This document shows positions 30,567 to 38,710 of a stretch of 64,000 bases of DNA, piece after piece (within the stretch, counting starts at the first letter, position 1; each line of letters opens with the position of its first letter). The translations under genes and the position numbers were made by a program. The notes below the pieces were generated by a model. It made no database searches. It had not been told where the DNA came from and saw only the letters and a list, made by a program, of their open reading frames with translations. Source of the DNA: Oscillospiraceae bacterium (GTDB lineage: Bacteria; Bacillota; Clostridia; Oscillospirales; Oscillospiraceae); the NCBI GenBank assembly GCA_024404315.1, contig JAKSQD010000005.1, positions 599 to 64,598 on the forward strand, read 5' to 3'.

Positions 30567-32608
30567 GTAAGCGCATCAAAATCACCCTCAAGCTGGAAAG
30601 TGATACCATCATCGGCAGTGGATACAGAATCCCAGGCGGTGAGGATATCGCTGTCAGAAAAGACAGCAAGGGCTATCCTTATCTCCCCGGCGAGACGCTG
30701 AAAGGACTGCTCCGGGAGTCTCTGGAAGACCTTTTGGATTGGGAATATGCGGGCGAGGGGATGGTAAGAGCAACGGACTACTTCGGCGCACGTCAGGAAA
30801 GCCGCAATGCGGAGGAAAGCTGGCATGGAAACACCTGCCCGAAGCAAATTTTTGTCTCTCCCCTCCTCTTGGATGCTCCTCCCGAAGATGTGGACACCTG
30901 CTTCGGTGAGCGAATCTTCACCAGCCTAGAAAACGGCATCATCAAGGATGGTTCGCTCCGAGTGGCCTCTTGTGTCCGCAAGGGACTGACCTTTTCCGGC
31001 GCTGTCACCTGTGAATCGGATGATAGGGCTGACCTGGAGCTGGTAGAGGATGCGCTGCTGGGTATCAAGGCCATAGGAACCAGCCGCACCCGTGGTTTCG
31101 GTAAGGTTCATATACAGATTGGAGAATGGGAGGATGTGGCTTCCTCCAACACGGAAACGGAAATCGGAGCCGGAAACCATCTTTGCTATCGGGTTCGCCT
31201 GAATGAGCCCGTCCGTATCACCAGCCGCAACGACAGCCATGATACCTTCCTTGCCAGCCAGAACCACATCCCCGGCTCCGCTGTGCGGGGAGCTGTGCTG
31301 AACGCCCTGGCCAAAAAGGATCCCCAATGGTTCGAAGACAACAAGCGGTTTTTGTTGAAAAAGGCTTGCTTTGGGAATCTGCTTCCCGATAATGGCCACG
31401 AAGAGTCAGCGGTGATTCCCACCCCCAAGGGCTTCTACGCCGACAAGCTGGGCGATGACTTTTATCATTTTCTCACAGCGGGTGACGTGAAATCCAACAC
31501 CAAACGAGCCAAGCTGGGAGCTTTTGCGGTTTTGGACATGGAAAAGGGTCAGATTGACAGTTGGTCTTCTAAAACGGGCGAACATACCCGCATCAACCTC
31601 AAGCTGCAAAAGGATGCTTCCACCGAAAGCGGCGGCATGTTTCAGGCCAGTTGGCTGGAAGCGGATCAGACTGCCTCTGGTGTCATCTCCCTGCCCGAGA
31701 ACACCCCTGACGAAACGAAACGGCGCATCCATGCCGTTTTGAGCGGTGAAATTCGCTTCGGAGCTAGTGTTCACTCTGGTTTGGGGCTGTGTCAGGTTCT
31801 GAGTGAAGCATGGAAAGAGCAAATGCCGGAGCAGTGCTACAGCTATCAGCCTGGTGATACCATCAAACCGGTGTTGTATTTGATGCTGCTGTCTCCGCTG
31901 GCGCTGGTGAATGAATACGGTGAGCCTTGCGGCATCAGCAAGGAGCTTTTGAGCGAAAAGCTGAGGGTTTCCGTTACTGAGCTGATGTGCGCCACCTCTG
32001 TGACGGAGCGCCAAGGCTTTAACCGCACGCTGGGAATCCGGCTGCCGCCCACGCTGGTCTATGACAGCGGCTGTACCTTCCGCCTGACCTGTGACGCAGC
32101 GCCTACGCTGGATGCCATCCGACAACTGGAGCGAAACGGCTTGGGCATTCGCCAGGCGGAGGGCTTTGGACGGGTGGTATTTCTCAAGGATTTGGAGAAA
32201 ATCAAGGAAAAGGCCCCTCCCAAGCAGAAAACCGTTGCTCCGATGACCGAAAGCAAGCGGAAGGAACAGGCAAAAACCATCTGGCTGATTGAAAATCCCC
32301 TTCCCGAGGGACTCTCTAACAGTCAGATTGGAAAATTGGAGGAGCAATGCCGTGTTGCTGCTCTTTATCCCGATGATGCAGTGAGTACTCTGAATCAGTG
32401 GTTTGACAAGCTCATTGAGCGTAACGATCATGATGAAGGCACCTATGGAGACATTCAGAACTTTGTGAAGTGGGTTTTGACGGATGAGGCCATTCCTGTG
32501 GACACGGTGAAAGACCGTCTGAGCCTGTTAATCGACCTCATTCGATACGAGAGAAAGGAGGACAATGAAAAATGGCATCCTTTACCTATGCAAAACGCTA
32601 TCAAGTGA
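30563..32608 (+). CDS. Cas7-Cas5(Csx10-like)-Cas11-like fusion RAMP
   Basis: Cas7: PYLPGETLKGLLR, G-loop IGTSRTRGFG. Cas5: IPGSAVRGA, G-loops HSGLG and GIRQAEGFG. Helical C-terminus with LSNSQI. Confidence 0.82.
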   Translation: MSKRIKITLKLESDTIIGSGYRIPGGEDIAVRKDSKGYPYLPGETLKGLLRESLEDLLDWEYAGEGMVRATDYFGARQESRNAEESWHGNTCPKQIFVSPLLLDAPPEDVDTCFGERIFTSLENGIIKDGSLRVASCVRKGLTFSGAVTCESDDRADLELVEDALLGIKAIGTSRTRGFGKVHIQIGEWEDVASSNTETEIGAGNHLCYRVRLNEPVRITSRNDSHDTFLASQNHIPGSAVRGAVLNALAKKDPQWFEDNKRFLLKKACFGNLLPDNGHEESAVIPTPKGFYADKLGDDFYHFLTAGDVKSNTKRAKLGAFAVLDMEKGQIDSWSSKTGEHTRINLKLQKDASTESGGMFQASWLEADQTASGVISLPENTPDETKRRIHAVLSGEIRFGASVHSGLGLCQVLSEAWKEQMPEQCYSYQPGDTIKPVLYLMLLSPLALVNEYGEPCGISKELLSEKLRVSVTELMCATSVTERQGFNRTLGIRLPPTLVYDSGCTFRLTCDAAPTLDAIRQLERNGLGIRQAEGFGRVVFLKDLEKIKEKAPPKQKTVAPMTESKRKEQAKTIWLIENPLPEGLSNSQIGKLEEQCRVAALYPDDAVSTLNQWFDKLIERNDHDEGTYGDIQNFVKWVLTDEAIPVDTVKDRLSLLIDLIRYERKEDNEKWHPLPMQNAIK

Positions 32609-33870
32609 CGGCACGCTGTGTCTCCCCTCTGCGTACCGGCGGAATCGGCGGGGAAAACAACGTCGTTCTAACCAATGTGGACGGTGTACCGATGATTCAG
32701 GCGGCTTCCATTGCCGGTGTCCTCCGCTCTTGGCTGGAAGAGACCAATCCCACCGCCGCAAAAGGGCTGTTCGGTGACTCCAACACGGCAAAAGACAGTG
32801 ACCGAACCAGCAAAGTGACGGTATATGACGGTCTATTCCAAAATGGAACCACGACGCAGCTTCGTTCCCGCCTCCGCATCGACACCAAGACCGGCACAGG
32901 AATGGATCAACACAAGTTTGAGCTGGTGAGCGTTCCAACCGGTTCCCTGTTTACCTTTGAGATGATTTTGAAGGCTCAGAACGAGGAGGAGTTTTCTCAG
33001 GCAGAGCGTTGGCTGGAAGAGACGCTTTCCGCTCTGAATGAAGGTTTTCTCACCCTCGGCGGGCAGTATTCCAACGGCTTCGGCATTGTGAAGCTGGACA
33101 AGGTTGAAGCCTGCACCTTCTGCATGACCAATCGTGAGGACAGGCGGGCATGGCTGGACAACAAGGGCGTTTATGAGGTTCTGACTTCCCTGCCCGACGT
33201 AAAAAGAGAGCTTGTCACCTTCCGTTTGACCGGTGTTTCTGACCATTTTCTGATGAAAGGCGGTACAAGCTTCAAGGATGGTGACAAATCGGTCACAGAT
33301 GCCATGAAAAACCCTGACGGAAGCTATGTTCTGCCGGGTTCCTCTCTCAAGGGCGTTCTCCGTGGCCGGGTGAGCCGCATTGCGGCCTATAAGAATGCTG
33401 AATCTGAGGTAAATGTTCTCTTTGGGCGGGAAAATGACCCCAATATTAAAGGAGATAATGGTCTCCCCGGTCAGCTGCGAGTCAAGGAATACACGCTTCA
33501 AGAGGCAAAGGAACAAATTATCAGCCGCACCCGGCTGGATCGCTTCACCGGCGGCGTGATGCAGAAAAGCCTCTTCAGCGAAAAGACCCTCAGTGACCGG
33601 GTCTATATCACGGTTGAGGTTCGTGCGTCTACGCCCATTGGAAACGCCCTGCTGTTCTACGCCCTGCGAGATATGGCAATGGGGATGTATGCTTTTGGCA
33701 GTGAGAGCAGCGTGGGTCGTGGCTACCTGGTAAAAGAAACCGCCGTTTTGACGGTCTCCATAGGAGAAAAAACCTGTTCCTTTATCTTTGGAAAGGGGAT
33801 AGAAACGGACGGAGACAGCTCGTTTATTCGGCAATGGCTGAACGCACTGGATGGGAAGGAGGAAGGCTGA
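32572..33870 (+). CDS. cas7: Cas7-Cas7 (Csm3-like x2) fusion RAMP
   Basis: Two RAMP units: IQAASIAGVLRS / GGQYSNGFG and LPGSSLKGVLR / TRLDRFTGG / GSESSVGRG. Confidence 0.85.
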   Translation: MASFTYAKRYQVTARCVSPLRTGGIGGENNVVLTNVDGVPMIQAASIAGVLRSWLEETNPTAAKGLFGDSNTAKDSDRTSKVTVYDGLFQNGTTTQLRSRLRIDTKTGTGMDQHKFELVSVPTGSLFTFEMILKAQNEEEFSQAERWLEETLSALNEGFLTLGGQYSNGFGIVKLDKVEACTFCMTNREDRRAWLDNKGVYEVLTSLPDVKRELVTFRLTGVSDHFLMKGGTSFKDGDKSVTDAMKNPDGSYVLPGSSLKGVLRGRVSRIAAYKNAESEVNVLFGRENDPNIKGDNGLPGQLRVKEYTLQEAKEQIISRTRLDRFTGGVMQKSLFSEKTLSDRVYITVEVRASTPIGNALLFYALRDMAMGMYAFGSESSVGRGYLVKETAVLTVSIGEKTCSFIFGKGIETDGDSSFIRQWLNALDGKEEG

Positions 33871-33871
33871 C

Positions 33872-34264
33872 ATGAATGCGAGAGCAAAAGCGCTTTTCCG
33901 TGTGATTTCTCTGAACGACGCCAAGACAGAGGGGCAGTTGCTCCAATGGGTGCTGGTTCGACAACTGAGTGCGGTTGCCATGGGGGAAGTCAGCAAGATT
34001 CCCATTGACTGGGAGGATGTAACAGAGGTTCGCTTTTTTGACGACGAGAAGGAAATCCGCATTTTTGAGAGAGGGGGGAAGCTTTGTGCCGCCGTGATTG
34101 CCGATGTCGCCGAGGATGTGGAGGGTGTGGATTTTCGTGACAGAACCTTCCCCCTGGAACACAAGGGCGTGTTTGGCCAGGAAATCACCATGCGTGAATA
34201 CTTCGATTATGACGAGGATGGTCAAATCTTTGTTGTGGCAACTCGTTTGAAAGGATGGAGGTGA
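33872..34264 (+). CDS. csx19: Csx19 (TIGR03984-like)
   Basis: EVRFFD..KEIRIF, REYFDYDEDGQ....TRL.G; position within the RAMP operon. Confidence 0.8.
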   Translation: MNARAKALFRVISLNDAKTEGQLLQWVLVRQLSAVAMGEVSKIPIDWEDVTEVRFFDDEKEIRIFERGGKLCAAVIADVAEDVEGVDFRDRTFPLEHKGVFGQEITMREYFDYDEDGQIFVVATRLKGWR

Positions 34265-34271
34265 CAGGGAG

Positions 34272-36347
34272 ATGGCAAAGAAAAACAAAAAAGGGAAAGA
34301 GACCTCCAGCAATAAGGTACTTTTGGCGCACCCCATGCGGTATTTCAACAACCCTTATAACTTTGTACCTTTGGAGGAAACGGTTTATGCACGCTATCCT
34401 GACGCAGAATCTCTGCCCTGTCACGACAGCACGCAGGATAACCTTCTCTGTGGGGAAATTCGCTGTACCATCACAGCGGAAACGCCGCTCTCCGTGTCGG
34501 ACGGCAAAGAGGGTTTTTTCCGCAACGCAAAGGGAGATTATGTCATCCCCGGCTCTACGCTCAAAGGTCTGGTGCGGAGCAATATGCAGATTCTTGGCTT
34601 TGGTGCTCTACGCCCGGGTGAGGATTTCAACGATTCCCGCATGATGTATCGTGTAGTTGCCTCCTCCACCGATGGTGTGAAAAAGGAACTCCAAAGAGCA
34701 TATCAAGGCACTTTGGGAATCAAGTCGATTCAGAAAACCAATCCTGTGACCAACAAGCGTTTTTCTTACTCGGTGGCCGAAAACGTAAGGGCGGGCTATC
34801 TGGTTCAGCGTGCGGTGGATCAAAAATATGTCATTTATCCCATGACTTACTATAAGGTCAATCGTGCTCTGGATTGCGCCTCACGCTGGAAAAACCGCTA
34901 CACACAGGTAGAGGAGGTTTGGTATCAGCTCAGTCAAAAAGGAACCGTAACGCAACTGGTTGTAGGCAATCAGCCCCAGCCAGAGGGCACGCTTTCTGGT
35001 CTGCTGGTCTGTACAGGACGAGCGGTGGGAAAACTCCCCAATCACCTTTATCTTCTCCCTGCGTTTGATGCGGCGGTAAAGCCCTTTGAGCTATCCAATG
35101 AGGATATCAAAACCTATTTGACGGACTACGAGCTGCGGAAAAACACCTTAAAGGGAACCGACCGTAACGCTCAGATGGATGCAAGCCATTGGAAACCGCC
35201 TCACCTGGAAAAAGGAAGCAATCAGGATACCAAACCGTGGCCTGTGTTCTACGCAGTATCCGGTAAAAATCATTATTTTGGTCGTTCTCCGTTTCTGCGT
35301 GTGGGCTATCACCATTCCCTCAGAGAAGGACTTCCGCTGGCACATCAGCTGGCGGGGGATTCCCTGATGTTAGATTATCCTTATGCTATGCTGGGCTTTA
35401 CCTGGAGCGAGCCGAATGTGTCCTATCGTTCCAGAGTTTTCTTTGGAGATTTTGTCGCCGACACAAAACCGCTGGAACAAACCATCCCAGTTGTGTTAAG
35501 CAATCCCAAGCCCAGCAGCTTTGCAGATTACACCAAAGACGGCAAAAACTACAACCAGGATTTCCGCATCCGTGGCGTAAAACAGTATTGGCTGAAACAG
35601 GCTCAACAGCTCGAAGTGTCTCTTCAGCAGAGCAAGGTAAAGGATGAATTGAAAGTGATGTCGGAGCAAACCCATTTTTCCGGTGTCATTCGTTTTCATA
35701 ACCTCCATGACGATGAGTTGGGTCTGCTTTTGTGGTCTCTGCGGCTGAACAAAGGATGTTACCAAGGCATCGGCAAAGGAAAGCCGCTGGGATACGGTCG
35801 TTCCACGGTCGTGATTGATTCGGTGGAACAGTATCTCCCCGCCAAGCTCTACTCTGCTGATTGCCTGAACGGCGCAAGCTACACCAAGCCGCTGGACGCT
35901 GACGCTCTGATTGAGACCTATCAAAATCACATCGCCAAGCACCATCTGGACGGAAAAGCCGCCGAGGAACAGCCCTCTGTGAGAGATTTTCTCTTTATCC
36001 GCAGTGTCATTCGAGAGGCGGAGCAGGTTCGTTATTTGAACCTGAAAGAATATCAAAACAGGCAGGAAAAGGAACTCCTTCCCACGGTGGAAGAACAGAG
36101 GAAAAATCCATTGGGTGGTCAGCGTGAATTAAAACCGCTCAAAGAAAACAGGATTATCAAAGGTAAGGTGCTCAAGGTATTCAAAAGAGACCATAAAGCC
36201 GAAATTAAACTCTTTGATTATGATTTGATTGGAACGGTTTTCTTGCATTACGGTCAATGGCTCGAAGCAAAGCAGGTGGTTTCTGTACGAATTCTTCCCG
36301 GCAGCATTCCTGAAAATAACAGGCTGAAATTGGAATTGGTTTGGTGA
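34272..36347 (+). CDS. Cas7 with large insertion (TIGR03986-like RAMP) and C-terminal S1/OB-like domain
   Basis: NPYNFVP, AETPL, IPGSTLKGLVRS, RG.KQYW, IGKGKPLGYG. Confidence 0.85.
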   Translation: MAKKNKKGKETSSNKVLLAHPMRYFNNPYNFVPLEETVYARYPDAESLPCHDSTQDNLLCGEIRCTITAETPLSVSDGKEGFFRNAKGDYVIPGSTLKGLVRSNMQILGFGALRPGEDFNDSRMMYRVVASSTDGVKKELQRAYQGTLGIKSIQKTNPVTNKRFSYSVAENVRAGYLVQRAVDQKYVIYPMTYYKVNRALDCASRWKNRYTQVEEVWYQLSQKGTVTQLVVGNQPQPEGTLSGLLVCTGRAVGKLPNHLYLLPAFDAAVKPFELSNEDIKTYLTDYELRKNTLKGTDRNAQMDASHWKPPHLEKGSNQDTKPWPVFYAVSGKNHYFGRSPFLRVGYHHSLREGLPLAHQLAGDSLMLDYPYAMLGFTWSEPNVSYRSRVFFGDFVADTKPLEQTIPVVLSNPKPSSFADYTKDGKNYNQDFRIRGVKQYWLKQAQQLEVSLQQSKVKDELKVMSEQTHFSGVIRFHNLHDDELGLLLWSLRLNKGCYQGIGKGKPLGYGRSTVVIDSVEQYLPAKLYSADCLNGASYTKPLDADALIETYQNHIAKHHLDGKAAEEQPSVRDFLFIRSVIREAEQVRYLNLKEYQNRQEKELLPTVEEQRKNPLGGQRELKPLKENRIIKGKVLKVFKRDHKAEIKLFDYDLIGTVFLHYGQWLEAKQVVSVRILPGSIPENNRLKLELVW

Positions 36348-36459
36348 TGCTCCGAACTCTCCTCCATGTTTGACCGATTAAAAAACAAGAAAAACAGGGA
36401 GGCCATCTCTCAGTGCGGAGCAAAAGGCTCTCAGCGCTGTTTCCTTTCCTGTGCGTTTG

Positions 36460-36619
36460 GGTAACACCGCACAATAGTCGAATGTGCACCTTGCTTGTCC
36501 TTTCACTCCCAAATTTGCCGTAAAACCCTTGAAATACGTCAGTATTCCTGCGGCTTTCCCAACAAATTTGGAAGCAAAATTACTGCGCAATCCGCACATC
36601 CCTATTATGCGGTATTGCC
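36460..36619. mobile_element. 160-bp MITE, copy 1
   Basis: TIRs GGTAACACCGCACAAT / ATTATGCGGTATTGCC; TTTG duplicated on both flanks; second copy at 56254. Confidence 0.9.
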
Positions 36620-36669
36620 TTTGGAAATCCCCCACCACCATTTCGTCTTATTATGGAGTGATTATCACG

Positions 36670-37344
36670 ATGAAAAAATTTCTTATGGTTACGCCCTTAC
36701 AGCCCGTCGGTGTGAATGCGGATGGAACCCCCTTTGACCAGCTTCGTCTGTGTGATTACAAGCCCGTGGGAAATCAAAAGCTGGAATACCACAAGCAAAC
36801 CCGTTTTCCGCTGATGCACCTCATCAACGGCTACGCCGAACCTGGTGAGGAGATTCGAGTGATTGCCATTACGCCCAAGTATGAGTTCTGTCAGGTTCAT
36901 TTGCAGCAGCTTCGGGATGAATTGGCAGAGTTACAGGCGGAAAAGGGCTTTCTCTGCCGTGGTGTAGAAGCCGTTGAGGTAGATTTCGCCGGAGATGTTG
37001 CCACTCAAATTGAAGTGTTCCATCAACTTCTGTCCTATGTGGAGGATGACGACATTCTCTATGGCTGCCTCACCTACGGAATAAAGCCCATGCCCATTGC
37101 CGAGCTGATGGCCATTCAGTATGCTTACCGGGTGCTGAATAACGTTTCCATTGGTTGTCTGGTTTACGGTGAGGTGGATTACAGCCAGCCGCCCATTGGA
37201 AAGACATTCGACGGCAATGATATTTATCCCACCCGTATCTTTGATATCACCGCTCTGATTCAGCTGGATGAGATTGTCCGTGTTCTGGCAGACCGCAAGG
37301 TGGCAAACCCGAAGGGAGTCATTGAACGGATTCTGAGCCTGTGA
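36670..37344 (+). CDS. CARF-only TM1812-like CRISPR-associated protein (224 aa)
   Basis: TRFPL...I, IRVIAI, CLTYGIKPMP (DxTxGxK-like CARF motif), LVYG, FDITALI; no HEPN extension. Confidence 0.65.
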   Translation: MKKFLMVTPLQPVGVNADGTPFDQLRLCDYKPVGNQKLEYHKQTRFPLMHLINGYAEPGEEIRVIAITPKYEFCQVHLQQLRDELAELQAEKGFLCRGVEAVEVDFAGDVATQIEVFHQLLSYVEDDDILYGCLTYGIKPMPIAELMAIQYAYRVLNNVSIGCLVYGEVDYSQPPIGKTFDGNDIYPTRIFDITALIQLDEIVRVLADRKVANPKGVIERILSL

Positions 37345-37347
37345 GGT

Positions 37348-38244
37348 GTGAAGTTATGGCAAAAAAAGAGAACCAACCAAGCAAAGATTCGATTGAACGA
37401 GCTGGGAAAGCAGTGGAAGCTACATTCCCCTGTGGAAGACAAAGCCGTCTGTGAATCCCTCTGGCTGGAAATTTGGGCTGCACTCTTTGATATCTACTAT
37501 CCGTTTTTGAAAACGGAGCCGGAGCTGAACGCTTTTGAAGAAACGATAAAGCAAACCAAAGAAAAATTCGACGCAGAAAAAGGCACACTGTCCGCTTTTT
37601 TCTCCACCCACCTGAGATGGAATACTGCGGACGCAATCGAAAAGGAACTGCGGAAAAATCCCACGGAGCGCATACAGGAAACACCCACCGCTAACGAGTC
37701 TGAACCGGATCGTCCGCCATCCCCTGTCCTATCTGACCCGACGGGAATGGGCGGCATTGACGAAGTGGAAAACCAACTGCTGATGAATGCCGCACTGGTG
37801 GAGCTTTCCAGTCAAATTCTCCATTTTTCAGAAAACCATGGTAAAAAAAGTGGAAATCTCGCTCGGCGCAATTACTTTCAGCTTTTTTATACCTCTGGTG
37901 TTACCAGCCTTGTGAAAATGTCCGAGGAATCTCCCGCTTTTCAGCACCAGCGTGACATTGAGGAAGCAATGAAGCAATCCTTCGTTGACTACTGCATGAT
38001 ACAGCAATGTCAAACCCTTCCTGAAATTTTCTGCGGTGATTTGAAGCAATATGGAGCCGTCGTAGAGGGTTTGCCGGACGGCAAGAGGGAAATGTCCATT
38101 CCACTACCCATTCCCGACCAGGTTGGACGCAGCTATTTAAAGAACGTAAAAGCTCTCAGCGTTTCCAAGAGCACTTATTCTGAGCAGAAATCCGCCTACA
38201 AAGCCGAAATGAAACAGTTCTTGATAGACAAAAGCATTTTTTGA
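37348..38244 (+). CDS. Divergent sigma-70-like protein; start uncertain (GTG 37348 in frame, SD-optimal ATG 37356 out of frame)
   Basis: Region-2-like KFDAEKGTLSAFFSTHLRWNTADAIEKELRK; region-4.1-like RRNYFQLFY; terminal VSKSTYSEQK helix. Confidence 0.5.
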   Translation: MKLWQKKRTNQAKIRLNELGKQWKLHSPVEDKAVCESLWLEIWAALFDIYYPFLKTEPELNAFEETIKQTKEKFDAEKGTLSAFFSTHLRWNTADAIEKELRKNPTERIQETPTANESEPDRPPSPVLSDPTGMGGIDEVENQLLMNAALVELSSQILHFSENHGKKSGNLARRNYFQLFYTSGVTSLVKMSEESPAFQHQRDIEEAMKQSFVDYCMIQQCQTLPEIFCGDLKQYGAVVEGLPDGKREMSIPLPIPDQVGRSYLKNVKALSVSKSTYSEQKSAYKAEMKQFLIDKSIF

Positions 38245-38323
38245 ATCAGAAGGGCGAACATTTCTCTTTCTCTGACGATTAAACGGTGTAAGAACCAGTT
38301 TTGTCATCAGAAAGGAGTTTATT

Positions 38324-38545
38324 ATGCTCGCTCAATTGATTCACACCCCTGCCTTTCATACCCTCCTCATAATCCTGGGCTGCATGATGCTGCTGCTCCT
38401 TGTGGTGGCGACCATCATACTGGCAGCAATTGCCCTCATCAACGCAATCGTGCAATTCTTCGTACAGCATTGGAGAACGCTCACCAATATCAGCCTGTGT
38501 ATTGTCATCATGGGTGTGATAATCCTGCTTTTTGCTCCCGTATAA
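38324..38545 (+). CDS. Small two-helix membrane protein (73 aa)
   Basis: Strong SD AGAAAGGAG; two hydrophobic segments. Confidence 0.6.
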   Translation: MLAQLIHTPAFHTLLIILGCMMLLLLVVATIILAAIALINAIVQFFVQHWRTLTNISLCIVIMGVIILLFAPV

Positions 38546-38600
38546 TCACCCTTTCCCCCGGTTCTTCCTTTGTGAAAGCCAGGGGTTTTGCAAAAAAATC

Positions 38601-38635
38601 AGGACTGGAAGGCGATTTGCTTTCCAGTCCTTTTT
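38601..38635. terminator. Probable bidirectional terminator at the right edge of the cas block
   Basis: A-run, AGGACTGGAA...TTCCAGTCCT, then T-run. Confidence 0.7.
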
Positions 38636-38710
38636 GGACTCTGCCCCAATCATTGACACAGAGCCAATTTTGATTTTGTTGTTACTGTTGAAAGTTGCCG
38701 TTCGTCACGA

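Noticed and set aside
32565-32777. Alternative ORF MKNGILY... at the cas7-cas7 start
   Set aside because: Its ATG is only 3 nt from the SD; ATG 32572 opens the RAMP frame.
36484-36669. N-terminal extension of the TM1812-like ORF (MHLACPF...)
   Set aside because: It is read through the MITE; the same peptide appears at 56278. The real start is ATG 36670 with SD GGAG.
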